From NCBI GenBank assembly GCA_963707025.1, contig CAVPOM010000005.1:256001-320000 (forward strand): a stretch of DNA of 64,000 nucleotides, read 5' to 3'. This DNA comes from an uncultured Verrucomicrobiae bacterium. GTDB taxonomy: Bacteria; Verrucomicrobiota; Verrucomicrobiia; Limisphaerales; Palsa-1400. Positions 49,229 through 59,039 of this stretch are shown here, piece after piece. Both the position numbers and the translations under genes were made by a program. Position 1 is the stretch's first letter. Each line of letters opens with the position of its first letter. Under the pieces are notes generated by a model. That model did no database searches. It was given only the letters and a program-made list of their open reading frames with translations, and had not been told where the DNA came from.

Positions 49229-50767
49229 ATGCGCATTCGAACTCTGCTGGGACTGGCCCTCTGCGCCTCCGCCACCGCGTCCGCCCAGATGACAAATCCA
49301 CCCTCCACAACGCGGTCGCTTTCCTTGCGGGACTGCATTGATCTGGCGCTGAGCCGAAACCTGGACCTGCGGATCGAGCATCTCACCGCCGAGGTTGCCG
49401 GCGAGGCGCTGAGCAGCGCCTACGGCGTTTACGTCCCCACCTTCACGTTTGACGCCGCCCACAATTACGAGTCGGCCTTGGCCGACTTTGATCCGCGCAA
49501 GTTCAACCCTTACTTCCCGTCCGAGCTTACCACCGGGAAGATTGGCCCGGAGCTGGGCGGCCAGGCGCCCTTTGGATTCAGTTACGACCTCAGCAGCTTC
49601 GTGCGCAAAAATGACGCCATCACCGACTTCCGCGCCGATCCCAAAGATGCCGCCTTCTTTCCCGGCGGCATTCGTTCGACCAATGACTATTCGGCCACCG
49701 CCAACCTGACCCTGCGGCAGCACCTCTTGAAGGACTTCTGGATTGATGCCGACCGGGAAGTGCTCCTGGCCCGCCGCACCGACCTGAAGATTTCCCAGCA
49801 AGCCTTGCGTTTTCAAATCATGAAGACCTTGCTGGCGGTCGAGCTGGCCTATGACGACCTGATCGCGGCCCGCGAGGAAATCCGGGTGCAGGAAAAGGCC
49901 CTGGAACTTCGCCGGCAGATGGTCGCCGAAACCCAGCGCCGCGTCCAGGTCGGAGATGCGCCGCCCCTGGACAGCGCGCAGGCCGAAACTCAACTGCAAA
50001 ACACGCTGACGGCGCTGGCCGCGGCGCGCGAGGCTCTCGCCACCCGGCAGAACAGCTTAATCGGCCTTCTGACCGATGATTACAAAGCATGGGCCGACGT
50101 GGAGGTGCAACCCACCGACGCTCTCCTGGCGCTGCCAGCCGAGGTCAACCGGGCGCGCAGCTTCCAATGTGCGCTGACCAACCGGCCCGATCTGATCGAA
50201 GCCCGGCTGGCCGTGGCGAAAACCGGCGTGATGGTAAGATTCCGGCTCAACCAACTCTTCCCCAGCCTGGACCTGGTGGGCGGCTACGGCGGCCTGGGCA
50301 TCGAAACGGACTCCAGGGCAGCCCTCCATGACGCCTTCAGCTTCCGCAACCCTGAATACTCTTACGGCATGGTGGTCAGTTTCCCGCTCGACAACATCAG
50401 CGGGCGGGCCAACTACCGGGCCAGCAAGGCGGCCAAAGAGATTGCCCAACTGCAACTCCAGAAAGCGGAGCAAGACATGCTCTTACAAGTCTCGGATTTC
50501 GTCAATCGCGTCGAGTACCGCTTCAGCCAGGTGGCTTCGACGCGCCAGGCGCGAACCTATGCCGAGACGGCGCTGGACGCGGAGACCAGGAAACTCCAGA
50601 ACGGTTTCACCACCAGTTTCGTGGTGCTCCAATTTCAGGAAATCCTCACGGCCGCCCGCACCGCGGAAGTTCGGGCCGAGGTGGATTACAACGAGATGCT
50701 CGCGCAACTGGCCTTTGCGGAGGGAACAATCCTGGAAAGGCATCACCTCAGCCTGGAGGTGAAATAG
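49229..50767 (+). CDS. TolC-family outer-membrane protein
   Basis: Signal peptide; LSLRDCIDLALSRNLDL; ALTNRPDL. Confidence 0.85.
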   Translation: MRIRTLLGLALCASATASAQMTNPPSTTRSLSLRDCIDLALSRNLDLRIEHLTAEVAGEALSSAYGVYVPTFTFDAAHNYESALADFDPRKFNPYFPSELTTGKIGPELGGQAPFGFSYDLSSFVRKNDAITDFRADPKDAAFFPGGIRSTNDYSATANLTLRQHLLKDFWIDADREVLLARRTDLKISQQALRFQIMKTLLAVELAYDDLIAAREEIRVQEKALELRRQMVAETQRRVQVGDAPPLDSAQAETQLQNTLTALAAAREALATRQNSLIGLLTDDYKAWADVEVQPTDALLALPAEVNRARSFQCALTNRPDLIEARLAVAKTGVMVRFRLNQLFPSLDLVGGYGGLGIETDSRAALHDAFSFRNPEYSYGMVVSFPLDNISGRANYRASKAAKEIAQLQLQKAEQDMLLQVSDFVNRVEYRFSQVASTRQARTYAETALDAETRKLQNGFTTSFVVLQFQEILTAARTAEVRAEVDYNEMLAQLAFAEGTILERHHLSLEVK

Positions 50768-50813
50768 GATGGCACTGCCCTGGGTCGTGCCAGGGGGGCA
50801 AGTCCCATAAGTC

Positions 50814-51920
50814 CTAGCGAGTCTCACCTGGCTTCGGAACGAGCTTCAAATCAACTAATTCACCCGGCCGGATCTTCAGGTTCGACGGCACACTGATATA
50901 CAGGGGCAGACCCAATTCGGTCGTGGCCAGCCGCACTGGGATCTGCAACGCCAGCGGGAGGGGCTCGAACTGGGTCCCAACCTCGATGACTTCAGCAGCC
51001 CCGACCTGCCCGCGCGGGCCCCGGGTGCGGACCTCGACGCGCGCGCCCAGTTTGGGCTCAGCGAGAAGAGGGGGGCGAAGATAGCCGATGATCCGAACGG
51101 TGTCGAAGGGAGCAATGCTCACGATTGGTTCTCCCACCGTCACCGCCTCCCCGACACGATGATAGATCACATTCACCATGCCGTCGGCCGAGGCGCGCAA
51201 GGTGATCGGGCTTAGTTCCGCCTCGGTCAACCGCAGTTTGGAGTCCTGGGCCGCAATCGCGGCCCGCAGCGGTTCATCGGTCACCTTGGAAATCTCGACC
51301 GTGTTGGTGAGCTGCAATTGTTCGAGATTGCGCCCCTGCTCCTCCACCAGCCGGGCCAACTCATCCACTTCATTCTGCAATCGTCCTTGGGAGGTTTTCG
51401 CCTGATCGTAGGCGCGCTCCGAAACAATTTTGTCTTTGAACAATTCCTCGGTGCGATGGAAGTCCACTTCGGCAAATTGCAAGTTGGCCCTGGCCATCGC
51501 CAGTTGCGCGCGTTGGCGCATCCAGTCCAGGCGCAACTGGCTGTAGTCCATCGCGATGCGCTGTTTGGCCGCGATCGGCTGCATGGTCACGCGCAGCATG
51601 TCAATCTCCGCCTCGATCACGGCGAGCGAGGCGGCCAGGATTTTCGGGTCCGTCACCAGCACCTGTCCAACCGCGTCACCCGCTTTGACCTTCTGAAAGC
51701 GATTGACGAACAATTGCGCCAACATGCCGGGCTTGTAACAACTGACATTGGCCGGGATGGCTTCGGCCTGGCCCACCAGCCCCGGCGCCGCGGCATAGTC
51801 CTTCCACAACAGCGCCAGGACAAAGACGACGGCGATGAGAAGGACTGCAGGGACAAAACGCAAGCGGACCTGGCGCCAGCGTTCGCGCCACGGAATCGGA
51901 ATGAGGGCGGGTGAGGTCAT
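50814..51920 (-). CDS. HlyD-family membrane fusion protein
   Basis: N-terminal TM, lipoyl half motifs, coiled coil, IRPGELVD. Confidence 0.8.
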   Translation of the reverse strand: MTSPALIPIPWRERWRQVRLRFVPAVLLIAVVFVLALLWKDYAAAPGLVGQAEAIPANVSCYKPGMLAQLFVNRFQKVKAGDAVGQVLVTDPKILAASLAVIEAEIDMLRVTMQPIAAKQRIAMDYSQLRLDWMRQRAQLAMARANLQFAEVDFHRTEELFKDKIVSERAYDQAKTSQGRLQNEVDELARLVEEQGRNLEQLQLTNTVEISKVTDEPLRAAIAAQDSKLRLTEAELSPITLRASADGMVNVIYHRVGEAVTVGEPIVSIAPFDTVRIIGYLRPPLLAEPKLGARVEVRTRGPRGQVGAAEVIEVGTQFEPLPLALQIPVRLATTELGLPLYISVPSNLKIRPGELVDLKLVPKPGETR

Positions 51921-52132
51921 CTCCTTTTTATTCGGAATTCATCGGATGCTGCCGGGGAGTGTATCAGCCCATCGGCCTCAACAGCAACCGAAATCGAGGC
52001 CAAAACCGAGGCCGAAACCGCGGGCCGGCGTCCGTGCGCCCTATTGACATTTTCATCGCGGGATGACAGGGTGCGGCCGCGCCTGGATTCCGGCGCATGA
52101 AATTATTTGAGGCTCCGCAAAATTCTACTGCG

Positions 52133-54352
52133 ATGAAAACCGCCAGCGGCTTCTTTCCAGCCCTCGGCATTCTGGCGCTGGCTTTTTTCCAGCCGCGGCC
52201 AAGCCGCGCCGCGGACTGGCTGATTGATCCGTCGCCGTTTCGAGCTGCGATTGCGACCAACGCGGCCGACGGCGAAATCGTGATGGAAAACGGACTGGTC
52301 CGCCGCGTGTTCAAGCTGGCGCCGGACGCGGCAACGGTGGCGTTGGATAATTTGATGACAGGCCAGTCCATTCTGCGCTCGGTGCGGCCGGAGGCGCAGG
52401 TGGAGTTGGACGGGAAAAAATTTGACGTGGGCGGGCTGGCCGGCCAGCCCGTTCACAATTATTTGGATCCGGCGTGGCTGGCGCAGATGAAGGCCAACCC
52501 GGCCGCGTTTCATTTTGCGGGCTTGAAAACCGGCCGCACCGAGGCGCGCTTTCCCTGGCGGCAGCGCCACGAATGGCTGGCGCAAGCCGCGCCCTGGCCG
52601 CCGCCGGGCGTCGCCGCGACCCTGACGTTCGAGGCGCCCTCCAACCCCGGCGCGGTCGAGGTCGAACTGCATTATGAACTCTACGACGGCCTGCCGCTGA
52701 TGGCCAAATGGCTGACGGTTCGCAACGCCTCGCCCAAACCGGTCATGCTCAATTCCCTGATCGTCGAGCAGTTGGCCTTCGTCGAGGCCGAATCCATCGT
52801 GGACGGTTCCCCGGCCAATTTTCGCGCCAGCTATCGGGCGTTGGATGCGTTCAGCGATTATGCCTTCGGCGGCGACATGAGCGCCGCGGCGGACGCGCCC
52901 GCCATTCATTGGCGGAGCGATCCGCTTTACCAAACCCAGGTTCACTACGGCCTGGCCACCCCGTGCCTGTTGCAATGTTCGCCGCCCCTCGGGCCGCAGG
53001 CGGCCATCAAACCCGGCGAGACTTTTGCCTCGTTCCGCGTTTTCGAACTGGTCCACGACAGCACCGACCGCGAGCGGCGCGGACTGGCTGTGCGCCGCGC
53101 CTGGCGCGCCCTGGCGCCCTGGGCGCAGGAAAACCCCATGCTCATGCATGTGCGCAGCGCCGCGCCGGAGGCCGTGAAAACGGCCATTGACCAGTGCGCC
53201 GAAGTTGGTTTTGAGATGGTCATCATGACCTTCGGCAGCGGTTTCAACATCGAAAATGAGAACCCGGATTACCTGGCCGGGATCAAAGCCCTCGCCGACT
53301 ACGCCCGCGGCAAAGGGGTGGCTCTCGGCGGTTATTCCCTCCTGGCCAGCCGTTCGATTGACGCGGGCGACGACGTCATCAATCCGCAGACCGGCCAACC
53401 GGGCGGCGGGCGTTTCGGTTCTTCGCCTTGTCTGGGCAGCGTTTGGGGCGAAGATTATTTTCGCAAGCTCCGCCAGTTTTTCGAGCAGACCGGCTGCGCC
53501 GTGCTGGAGAACGACGGCTCCTATCCGGGCGATGTTTGCGCCTCGACCAATCATCCCGGCCACACCGGTCTGAACGATTCGCAATGGCAGCAGTGGAAGA
53601 TCATCAGCGATTTTTACCAGTGGTGCCGCGCGCGCGCCATTTATCTCAACGTGCCGGACTGGTACTTCCTGGCCGGTTCGAGCAAGACCGGGATGGGCTA
53701 CCGTGAATCCGACTGGTCCCTGCCCCGCGAGCAGCAGGAAATCATCGAGCGCCAGAACATTTACGATGGCACCTGGGAAAAAGCGCCCAGCATGGGCTGG
53801 ATGTTTGTGCCCCTGACCGAATATCACGGGGGCGGCGCGGCCGCCACCATCGAGCCGCTCCACGATCATCTCCAACATTACGCCACGCGCCTGGCCAATC
53901 TGTTCGGCGCGGGGGTGCAGGCCTGCTATCGCGGCCCGCGCCTTTTCGACACGGGCGAAACCAAGGCCCTGGTGAAAAACTGGGTGGATTTTTACAAGGC
54001 CCACCGCGCCATTCTCGACAGCGACCTCATCCACTTGCGTCGCGCCGACGGGCGGGATTGGGATGGCTGGCTGCATGTCAATCCCTCATTGCCGGAACGC
54101 GGCCTGGCCATGATTTACAATCCGCTCAACCAGCCGATTCAGCCCCGCCTCCGCCTGCCCCTTTATTACACCGGCCTGACCAACCGGGCGGTGATTCACT
54201 GGGAAGATGGACATTCGGAAACGGTCGCCCTGGCCCGCGATTACTCTGCGGAGGTAACCCTGCATATTCCCGCCCGCGGCCACGTTTGCCTCACGCTCAG
54301 CGCCCCGGATTCCAATCAACAAAAGCACGTGTCTGGCGAAGACTCAAAATAA
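52133..54352 (+). CDS. Alpha-galactosidase-like glycoside hydrolase (GH36-like)
   Basis: Signal peptide; TAIDQCAEVGFEMVIMTFGSG; LENDGSYPG. Confidence 0.7.
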   Translation: MKTASGFFPALGILALAFFQPRPSRAADWLIDPSPFRAAIATNAADGEIVMENGLVRRVFKLAPDAATVALDNLMTGQSILRSVRPEAQVELDGKKFDVGGLAGQPVHNYLDPAWLAQMKANPAAFHFAGLKTGRTEARFPWRQRHEWLAQAAPWPPPGVAATLTFEAPSNPGAVEVELHYELYDGLPLMAKWLTVRNASPKPVMLNSLIVEQLAFVEAESIVDGSPANFRASYRALDAFSDYAFGGDMSAAADAPAIHWRSDPLYQTQVHYGLATPCLLQCSPPLGPQAAIKPGETFASFRVFELVHDSTDRERRGLAVRRAWRALAPWAQENPMLMHVRSAAPEAVKTAIDQCAEVGFEMVIMTFGSGFNIENENPDYLAGIKALADYARGKGVALGGYSLLASRSIDAGDDVINPQTGQPGGGRFGSSPCLGSVWGEDYFRKLRQFFEQTGCAVLENDGSYPGDVCASTNHPGHTGLNDSQWQQWKIISDFYQWCRARAIYLNVPDWYFLAGSSKTGMGYRESDWSLPREQQEIIERQNIYDGTWEKAPSMGWMFVPLTEYHGGGAAATIEPLHDHLQHYATRLANLFGAGVQACYRGPRLFDTGETKALVKNWVDFYKAHRAILDSDLIHLRRADGRDWDGWLHVNPSLPERGLAMIYNPLNQPIQPRLRLPLYYTGLTNRAVIHWEDGHSETVALARDYSAEVTLHIPARGHVCLTLSAPDSNQQKHVSGEDSK

Positions 54353-54370
54353 GCGCCCAGGAGATCCAAC

Positions 54371-55759
54371 ATGAAAATCACTTTGTCCCCTTGCAAATTG
54401 ACGGTCCTGCTCTTGGCCTGCCTGGGGGGGCTGTCCGTCCTGGCGCGCGCCCAGGAATCCAGTTGGACCAATGCCGCCTGGCGGGATGCCATGTGGGAGG
54501 CCCGCGGTTGCAGCAACGACGCGCGCGGCCAATGGTTCCGCGACGCCAAGTTCGGCGCCTTCATTCATTTCGGCATCTTTTCCCAATTGGGCGGATACTG
54601 GCATGGCCAGGGTCCTTACGACGCGGTGCAGATCATGGGCTTGGGCCAAAGAAGAGCGGTCATCCCGTGGGAGCAGTACAAGACCGAGGCCGGAGGCGCG
54701 TTCAACCCCGCAAAATTCAACGCCAAAGAGTGGGTCAGCCTGATCAAGAAAGCCGGCCAGAAGTATCTCATCGTCACCACCAAACACCACGACGGCTTCT
54801 GCATGTTTCACACCGCCACCACTTCCTACAACGTGGTGGAGGCCACTCCCTTCGCCCGCGACGTCATCAAGGAACTGGCCGACGAATGCAAAAGGCAGGG
54901 CATTGTCTTCTGCCCTTACTATTCCATCGGCGATTGGTCCGCCGCCAACGTCATGGACCCGAGATTCACCGATTACACCAACTACATGCGCGCCCAGTTG
55001 AAGGAACTGTTGAGCAGCTACGGCGACATCAAAATGCTCTGGTTCGATAACTATTGGTATGTCAACAATCAATGGAGAAACGACCTGCCCCACGCCAAGG
55101 AGCTCTACGCCTATGTCCGCTCCCTTAGTCCCAATACCCTGGTTAATGACCGCGTCGGCCGCGGCGTCGGTTCCACCGACGGCGATTACGCCACTCCCGA
55201 AAACCAGTTGCGAGGTTCGCGGCAAAGCCGTTACTTCGAAGTGGTGATGACCGACACCGAGGATGACAACTGGGGCTGGACCAGGACCGCCACCAACTAC
55301 CAGCGGCCGGCGGATTTGATCCGCAACTTGATAGACTGCGTGAGCAAGGGCGGCAATTTCGTGTTGAACGTCGGCCCCATGGCCAACGGCGAATTTCCGC
55401 CGCAACACCTGGCCATTATTGAGGCCCTGGGCAGCTGGACCTCCACCAACGGAGAAGCCATTTATGGCACCGTCCCCGTCCCCGAGTGTTCTGTGGATAA
55501 AACCAACGATTTCCAATGTTACGCCACCAAGAATTCCAAGAATACTTTTCTCCTGGTGACCCGCTGGCCGTCGCCGGGCAGCGAAGGGATGGTGCGCATC
55601 GCCCGCCCCGGCCTGGTCAAGGTGGAGATGCTGGACGCTTCCTTGGGCAAGTTGGACTACGCCAGCGCCGTCGAGGAAAACGCCACCGTCCTAAAAATCA
55701 AACAACCGGCCAGGACCAATCCCTACGCCACCGTGTTGAAATTGACTTTCACCGATTGA
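54371..55759 (+). CDS. Alpha-L-fucosidase (GH29)
   Basis: WFRDAKFGAFIHFG, TTKHHDGF, LWFD, GGNFVLNVGP. Confidence 0.92.
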   Translation: MKITLSPCKLTVLLLACLGGLSVLARAQESSWTNAAWRDAMWEARGCSNDARGQWFRDAKFGAFIHFGIFSQLGGYWHGQGPYDAVQIMGLGQRRAVIPWEQYKTEAGGAFNPAKFNAKEWVSLIKKAGQKYLIVTTKHHDGFCMFHTATTSYNVVEATPFARDVIKELADECKRQGIVFCPYYSIGDWSAANVMDPRFTDYTNYMRAQLKELLSSYGDIKMLWFDNYWYVNNQWRNDLPHAKELYAYVRSLSPNTLVNDRVGRGVGSTDGDYATPENQLRGSRQSRYFEVVMTDTEDDNWGWTRTATNYQRPADLIRNLIDCVSKGGNFVLNVGPMANGEFPPQHLAIIEALGSWTSTNGEAIYGTVPVPECSVDKTNDFQCYATKNSKNTFLLVTRWPSPGSEGMVRIARPGLVKVEMLDASLGKLDYASAVEENATVLKIKQPARTNPYATVLKLTFTD

Positions 55760-55812
55760 TCTTCGCCGATCTGTTAGAACGAAATCCGCCACAACACCGT
55801 CCGTCTTTCCAG

Positions 55813-56415
55813 TTAATGGGCCGCAAACGCCCGGGGTTGAGACCAGGCAGGGTCCGACCATGCCATGCCCAGAACCCACAATAGCGCAAAGGGCACCGCG
55901 CCGAGCAGGGAAATCATCGCCGAACCGAAAAGAATCCCGGATGGAGGGGAGCCGTTTTGGAATACGACGTTATACAAGAATGCGGCGAGCGCCTTAAGAA
56001 CAAAACACCCCAGGCAGGTTGAAGAGAGCGCCGACCCGAGCGGATGAGGAGAGGACCGACGAACAGAATAGCCCCATTGCACCACCAGGCCGTAAAGAAG
56101 GCCCATCACAAGCGGAGCCCAGAACGGCAGCACGGGCGGGCCAAAGTCATATCGCTTCATCCCGGCGCAGGCCTGCGAAACCGCCGCCATCAAGACTCCT
56201 CCGAGCAGGCCCGAAACCAGGCCCGCTTCTATAATTTGGCGGCGTGTTGGCTCCGCGCCCTGTTTTTGCTGGAGGCGCCCCAACCAAATCGCGCCCGCCG
56301 CCAGGCTCATGCCCAGCACACCGCCCATCAGCCCGTTGGGAATAAGCCAGATCAACCCGCTGAGGATTCCCGCAGTCGTCCCCACCACCAGCATTTTAAT
56401 GTATCGAACCGTCAT
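55813..56415 (-). CDS. Hypothetical membrane protein
   Basis: About 6 TMs; start overlaps the radical SAM stop. Confidence 0.7.
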   Translation of the reverse strand: MTVRYIKMLVVGTTAGILSGLIWLIPNGLMGGVLGMSLAAGAIWLGRLQQKQGAEPTRRQIIEAGLVSGLLGGVLMAAVSQACAGMKRYDFGPPVLPFWAPLVMGLLYGLVVQWGYSVRRSSPHPLGSALSSTCLGCFVLKALAAFLYNVVFQNGSPPSGILFGSAMISLLGAVPFALLWVLGMAWSDPAWSQPRAFAAH

Positions 56416-57707
56416 CAATACTCCTTTCCGCCGGCTACCAGTTGAAAATAGTCCGGCAAAGGCTCCCGTCCCGCCTCGGCGCACACCCGGCAGCTCTTGT
56501 CAGGCGGCAATGGATAGCGTCCCTGCCCGTGCTTGAGCAGCAGCGGATAGTGGGCCTGAACGAAACAATGCCGGCGTGGATTGCCCATCGCCTCGGACAT
56601 CCGGCTCCAGATGGCATCGAGCGGCTCGCGGGCGGCATTGCCGAAGCTCATGGCCGTGAAATCGCACGGACAGACTTCGCCTGCTGCGTCTATGAATAAG
56701 TGTTGCGTGCCGGCACCGCAGCCGAACAACTCGGGACTTTCAATCTGGTTGAACGCGCAGACCTTGGGCCGGAGCCTTTTGCGATTGGCTTCGACATGAA
56801 ATCGCCGAAGGGCCGCGACGTGTTGGGCTGTCAGCAGGGAATCTCCTTCTCCCTTGGCCAGCAAGCCACAGGGCATCGGCTCGACCAGGCGCAGTTCGTC
56901 CGCGCCGCATTGCCTCGCCAGGCCGTGCATCGCCGGCAACAATCCCTCCTCAACCAAAGCGCGTGTGGCCACCGTCCCCACCATGGTGTAAAAGCCGCTC
57001 TCCCGCGCCAGCCTCAACGCCAGGCAAGCCGCGGCATGGGCGCCTGGCATCCCGCGCAAACGGTCGTGCCCGGCGGGGGAAGGATGATCCAGGCTGATGC
57101 ACACCGACCACAGCCCGGCCTTCTTCAACTCCCTTAACAAGGGCAAATTCACGCCGCTGCCCGAACTGAACACAATCGTGGCTGCGCCGCCCGCGCTGGC
57201 CGCACTGACCAATTGCGGCAAATCCCCGCGCGAGGCAGGTTCCCCGCCGGTAAAGCCTATGATGCTTGCGCCCAGTCGGTGCAGCTCACCAATGATCTTC
57301 AACCACTGCCCGGTTGGCAGGTCGCCTCCAGGCCGGTTCCTATAACTACAGTGCCAACAGCGATACTGGCATTCACCTGTCACGGCCAGAAAGGCCGATA
57401 CTGGACTGAGGCGCCGGCCCGAAAGCAGGTTCTCGAACATCCGGTCAAAGGCTGGGCCAGGAAAGGGGGGCAGAAACGAATTGATCACCCATTGTCCGTC
57501 GTGCCTTGTGAGTTGCTCCCCCTCCAGCAAACGATGCATGAAAACCAGCCCCTTGCTGCCCGGAAGCCGGCGGTCGAGGGACTTCCCGATTTCCTTGGGC
57601 AAGCGCTGCCTTCCCTGCCGGCTCAACTGCGCCAGCACCTGTCGCGGCACCGTCGTCACCCGCCGATCCAGCAGGATTCGCAGCAGTTGAAGGTATTGGC
57701 GGATCAT
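56415..57707 (-). CDS. Radical SAM protein with SPASM/twitch domain
   Basis: CQYRCWHC, FTGGEP, GCGAG...GEVCPCDF. Confidence 0.9.
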   Translation of the reverse strand: MIRQYLQLLRILLDRRVTTVPRQVLAQLSRQGRQRLPKEIGKSLDRRLPGSKGLVFMHRLLEGEQLTRHDGQWVINSFLPPFPGPAFDRMFENLLSGRRLSPVSAFLAVTGECQYRCWHCSYRNRPGGDLPTGQWLKIIGELHRLGASIIGFTGGEPASRGDLPQLVSAASAGGAATIVFSSGSGVNLPLLRELKKAGLWSVCISLDHPSPAGHDRLRGMPGAHAAACLALRLARESGFYTMVGTVATRALVEEGLLPAMHGLARQCGADELRLVEPMPCGLLAKGEGDSLLTAQHVAALRRFHVEANRKRLRPKVCAFNQIESPELFGCGAGTQHLFIDAAGEVCPCDFTAMSFGNAAREPLDAIWSRMSEAMGNPRRHCFVQAHYPLLLKHGQGRYPLPPDKSCRVCAEAGREPLPDYFQLVAGGKEY

Positions 57708-58666
57708 TTTCTTTGGGCGATGGCCATGGCGAAATGGTGGAAAATGGCATCCCGCTCCGGTGCCAGTTGCTCCTCGAAATAAGCGGCCGCCAGCCCGGAG
57801 AGGTCCAGCATGCTATCGAAGCCGGCCAGAATGCCGGTTTGCCGCAGCCAGGGCAGGAGCAGGCCCTCCGGACATTCGATGTGTTTCCGGCCTTCCTGGC
57901 GCCAGATCACGTTGCATTGCGCCTTTTCCAGGGCTTCCTCCAGGCAAAGCCAATCCTTGGGAAAGCGTGGGATCGCTGCCAGCCGAACCTGGCCGGGAAA
58001 CCGCAGCATGCATTGCTGGAAAGCCCTGAATACCGGAGCCAGCGTATCCCGGTAGTTGACGATGAAAGCCAGCAGTCCTCCCTGGCACAGCAAGGCCCCG
58101 CAGCGGTCAATCAAACGGGCAGGATGCGAGTAGCCCAAAGCCCATGTGGACAAGATAAGTGAAGGGGGGGCAGCCTCCCACGCTTGAACAAATTCGAGCA
58201 TGTCGCACACCACGCAACGCAGGTTCGACGGCGCCCCGGCCCCGGCCCGGGACAACATCTCCTTCGAGATGTCCACCGCCATGATCTGCGCCGCTGGATT
58301 GGTCTGTGCCAGGCGCTTGGCGCAATAACCTGTGCCGGCACCCAGATCCACGATGACGCCCGACAAGCCGCACGGCAGCCGTCCCAACAGGTCATCGGTA
58401 GCGTTGCGCAGATGGCACAGCCACACCCGGTCGTAAGTCGGGGCCACCCCGTCGTAGCCGGCGGCTATCTCGCCGGCTCCCAGCCACCGCCCTCGCAAGG
58501 CCAACCCGGCAACCCTGGCATTGAGCCGCGCCAGTTGCAGCATTCGGCTCATACCGGCCCGCAGCCGCTGACCGCCAGTAAAACCATCGCCAGAAGCATC
58601 AAGCCCAGCCGTTTGCAGCATGTCGTGATTAGATTCATGTCTCCAGCATAAAGGACTCTTCTTCAC
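57704..58666 (-). CDS. Class I SAM-dependent methyltransferase (start uncertain)
   Basis: VDLGAGTG, AVDISKEML. Confidence 0.85.
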   Translation of the reverse strand: MKKSPLCWRHESNHDMLQTAGLDASGDGFTGGQRLRAGMSRMLQLARLNARVAGLALRGRWLGAGEIAAGYDGVAPTYDRVWLCHLRNATDDLLGRLPCGLSGVIVDLGAGTGYCAKRLAQTNPAAQIMAVDISKEMLSRAGAGAPSNLRCVVCDMLEFVQAWEAAPPSLILSTWALGYSHPARLIDRCGALLCQGGLLAFIVNYRDTLAPVFRAFQQCMLRFPGQVRLAAIPRFPKDWLCLEEALEKAQCNVIWRQEGRKHIECPEGLLLPWLRQTGILAGFDSMLDLSGLAAAYFEEQLAPERDAIFHHFAMAIAQRK

Positions 58667-59039
58667 AACGCTAATTGAAAAAAGTGATGCTTACATTGAT
58701 TTTCTTTGAGCATGGCGCAGCAGGTTCGACTTGGAACCGCACCCAAGCTCTCCAATCAAGGCCTTTTCCCCCTGCCCTGCCACAGCAAAGAATGACAACG
58801 CATCAGTCATGTTAGGCAGGGCAGCCAGTCCCCTGCCCTGCCCGGCCATGACTGGCGCAGGGCGTGACAATCCAGGCCTGCGGCATCCAGCCCTGCGTGA
58901 GCATCGCTCCCGAGCCCACCAGCCATATTTTTCGGGCGGTTTGACAAAATAGGGTTGGTGTATGCCAAGAAACGGCTTTTGCGGCCCACCGGCGGCGCGC
59001 TACCTTTTGCCAGTTGTTTAAATCATTTAAAAATGAAAC

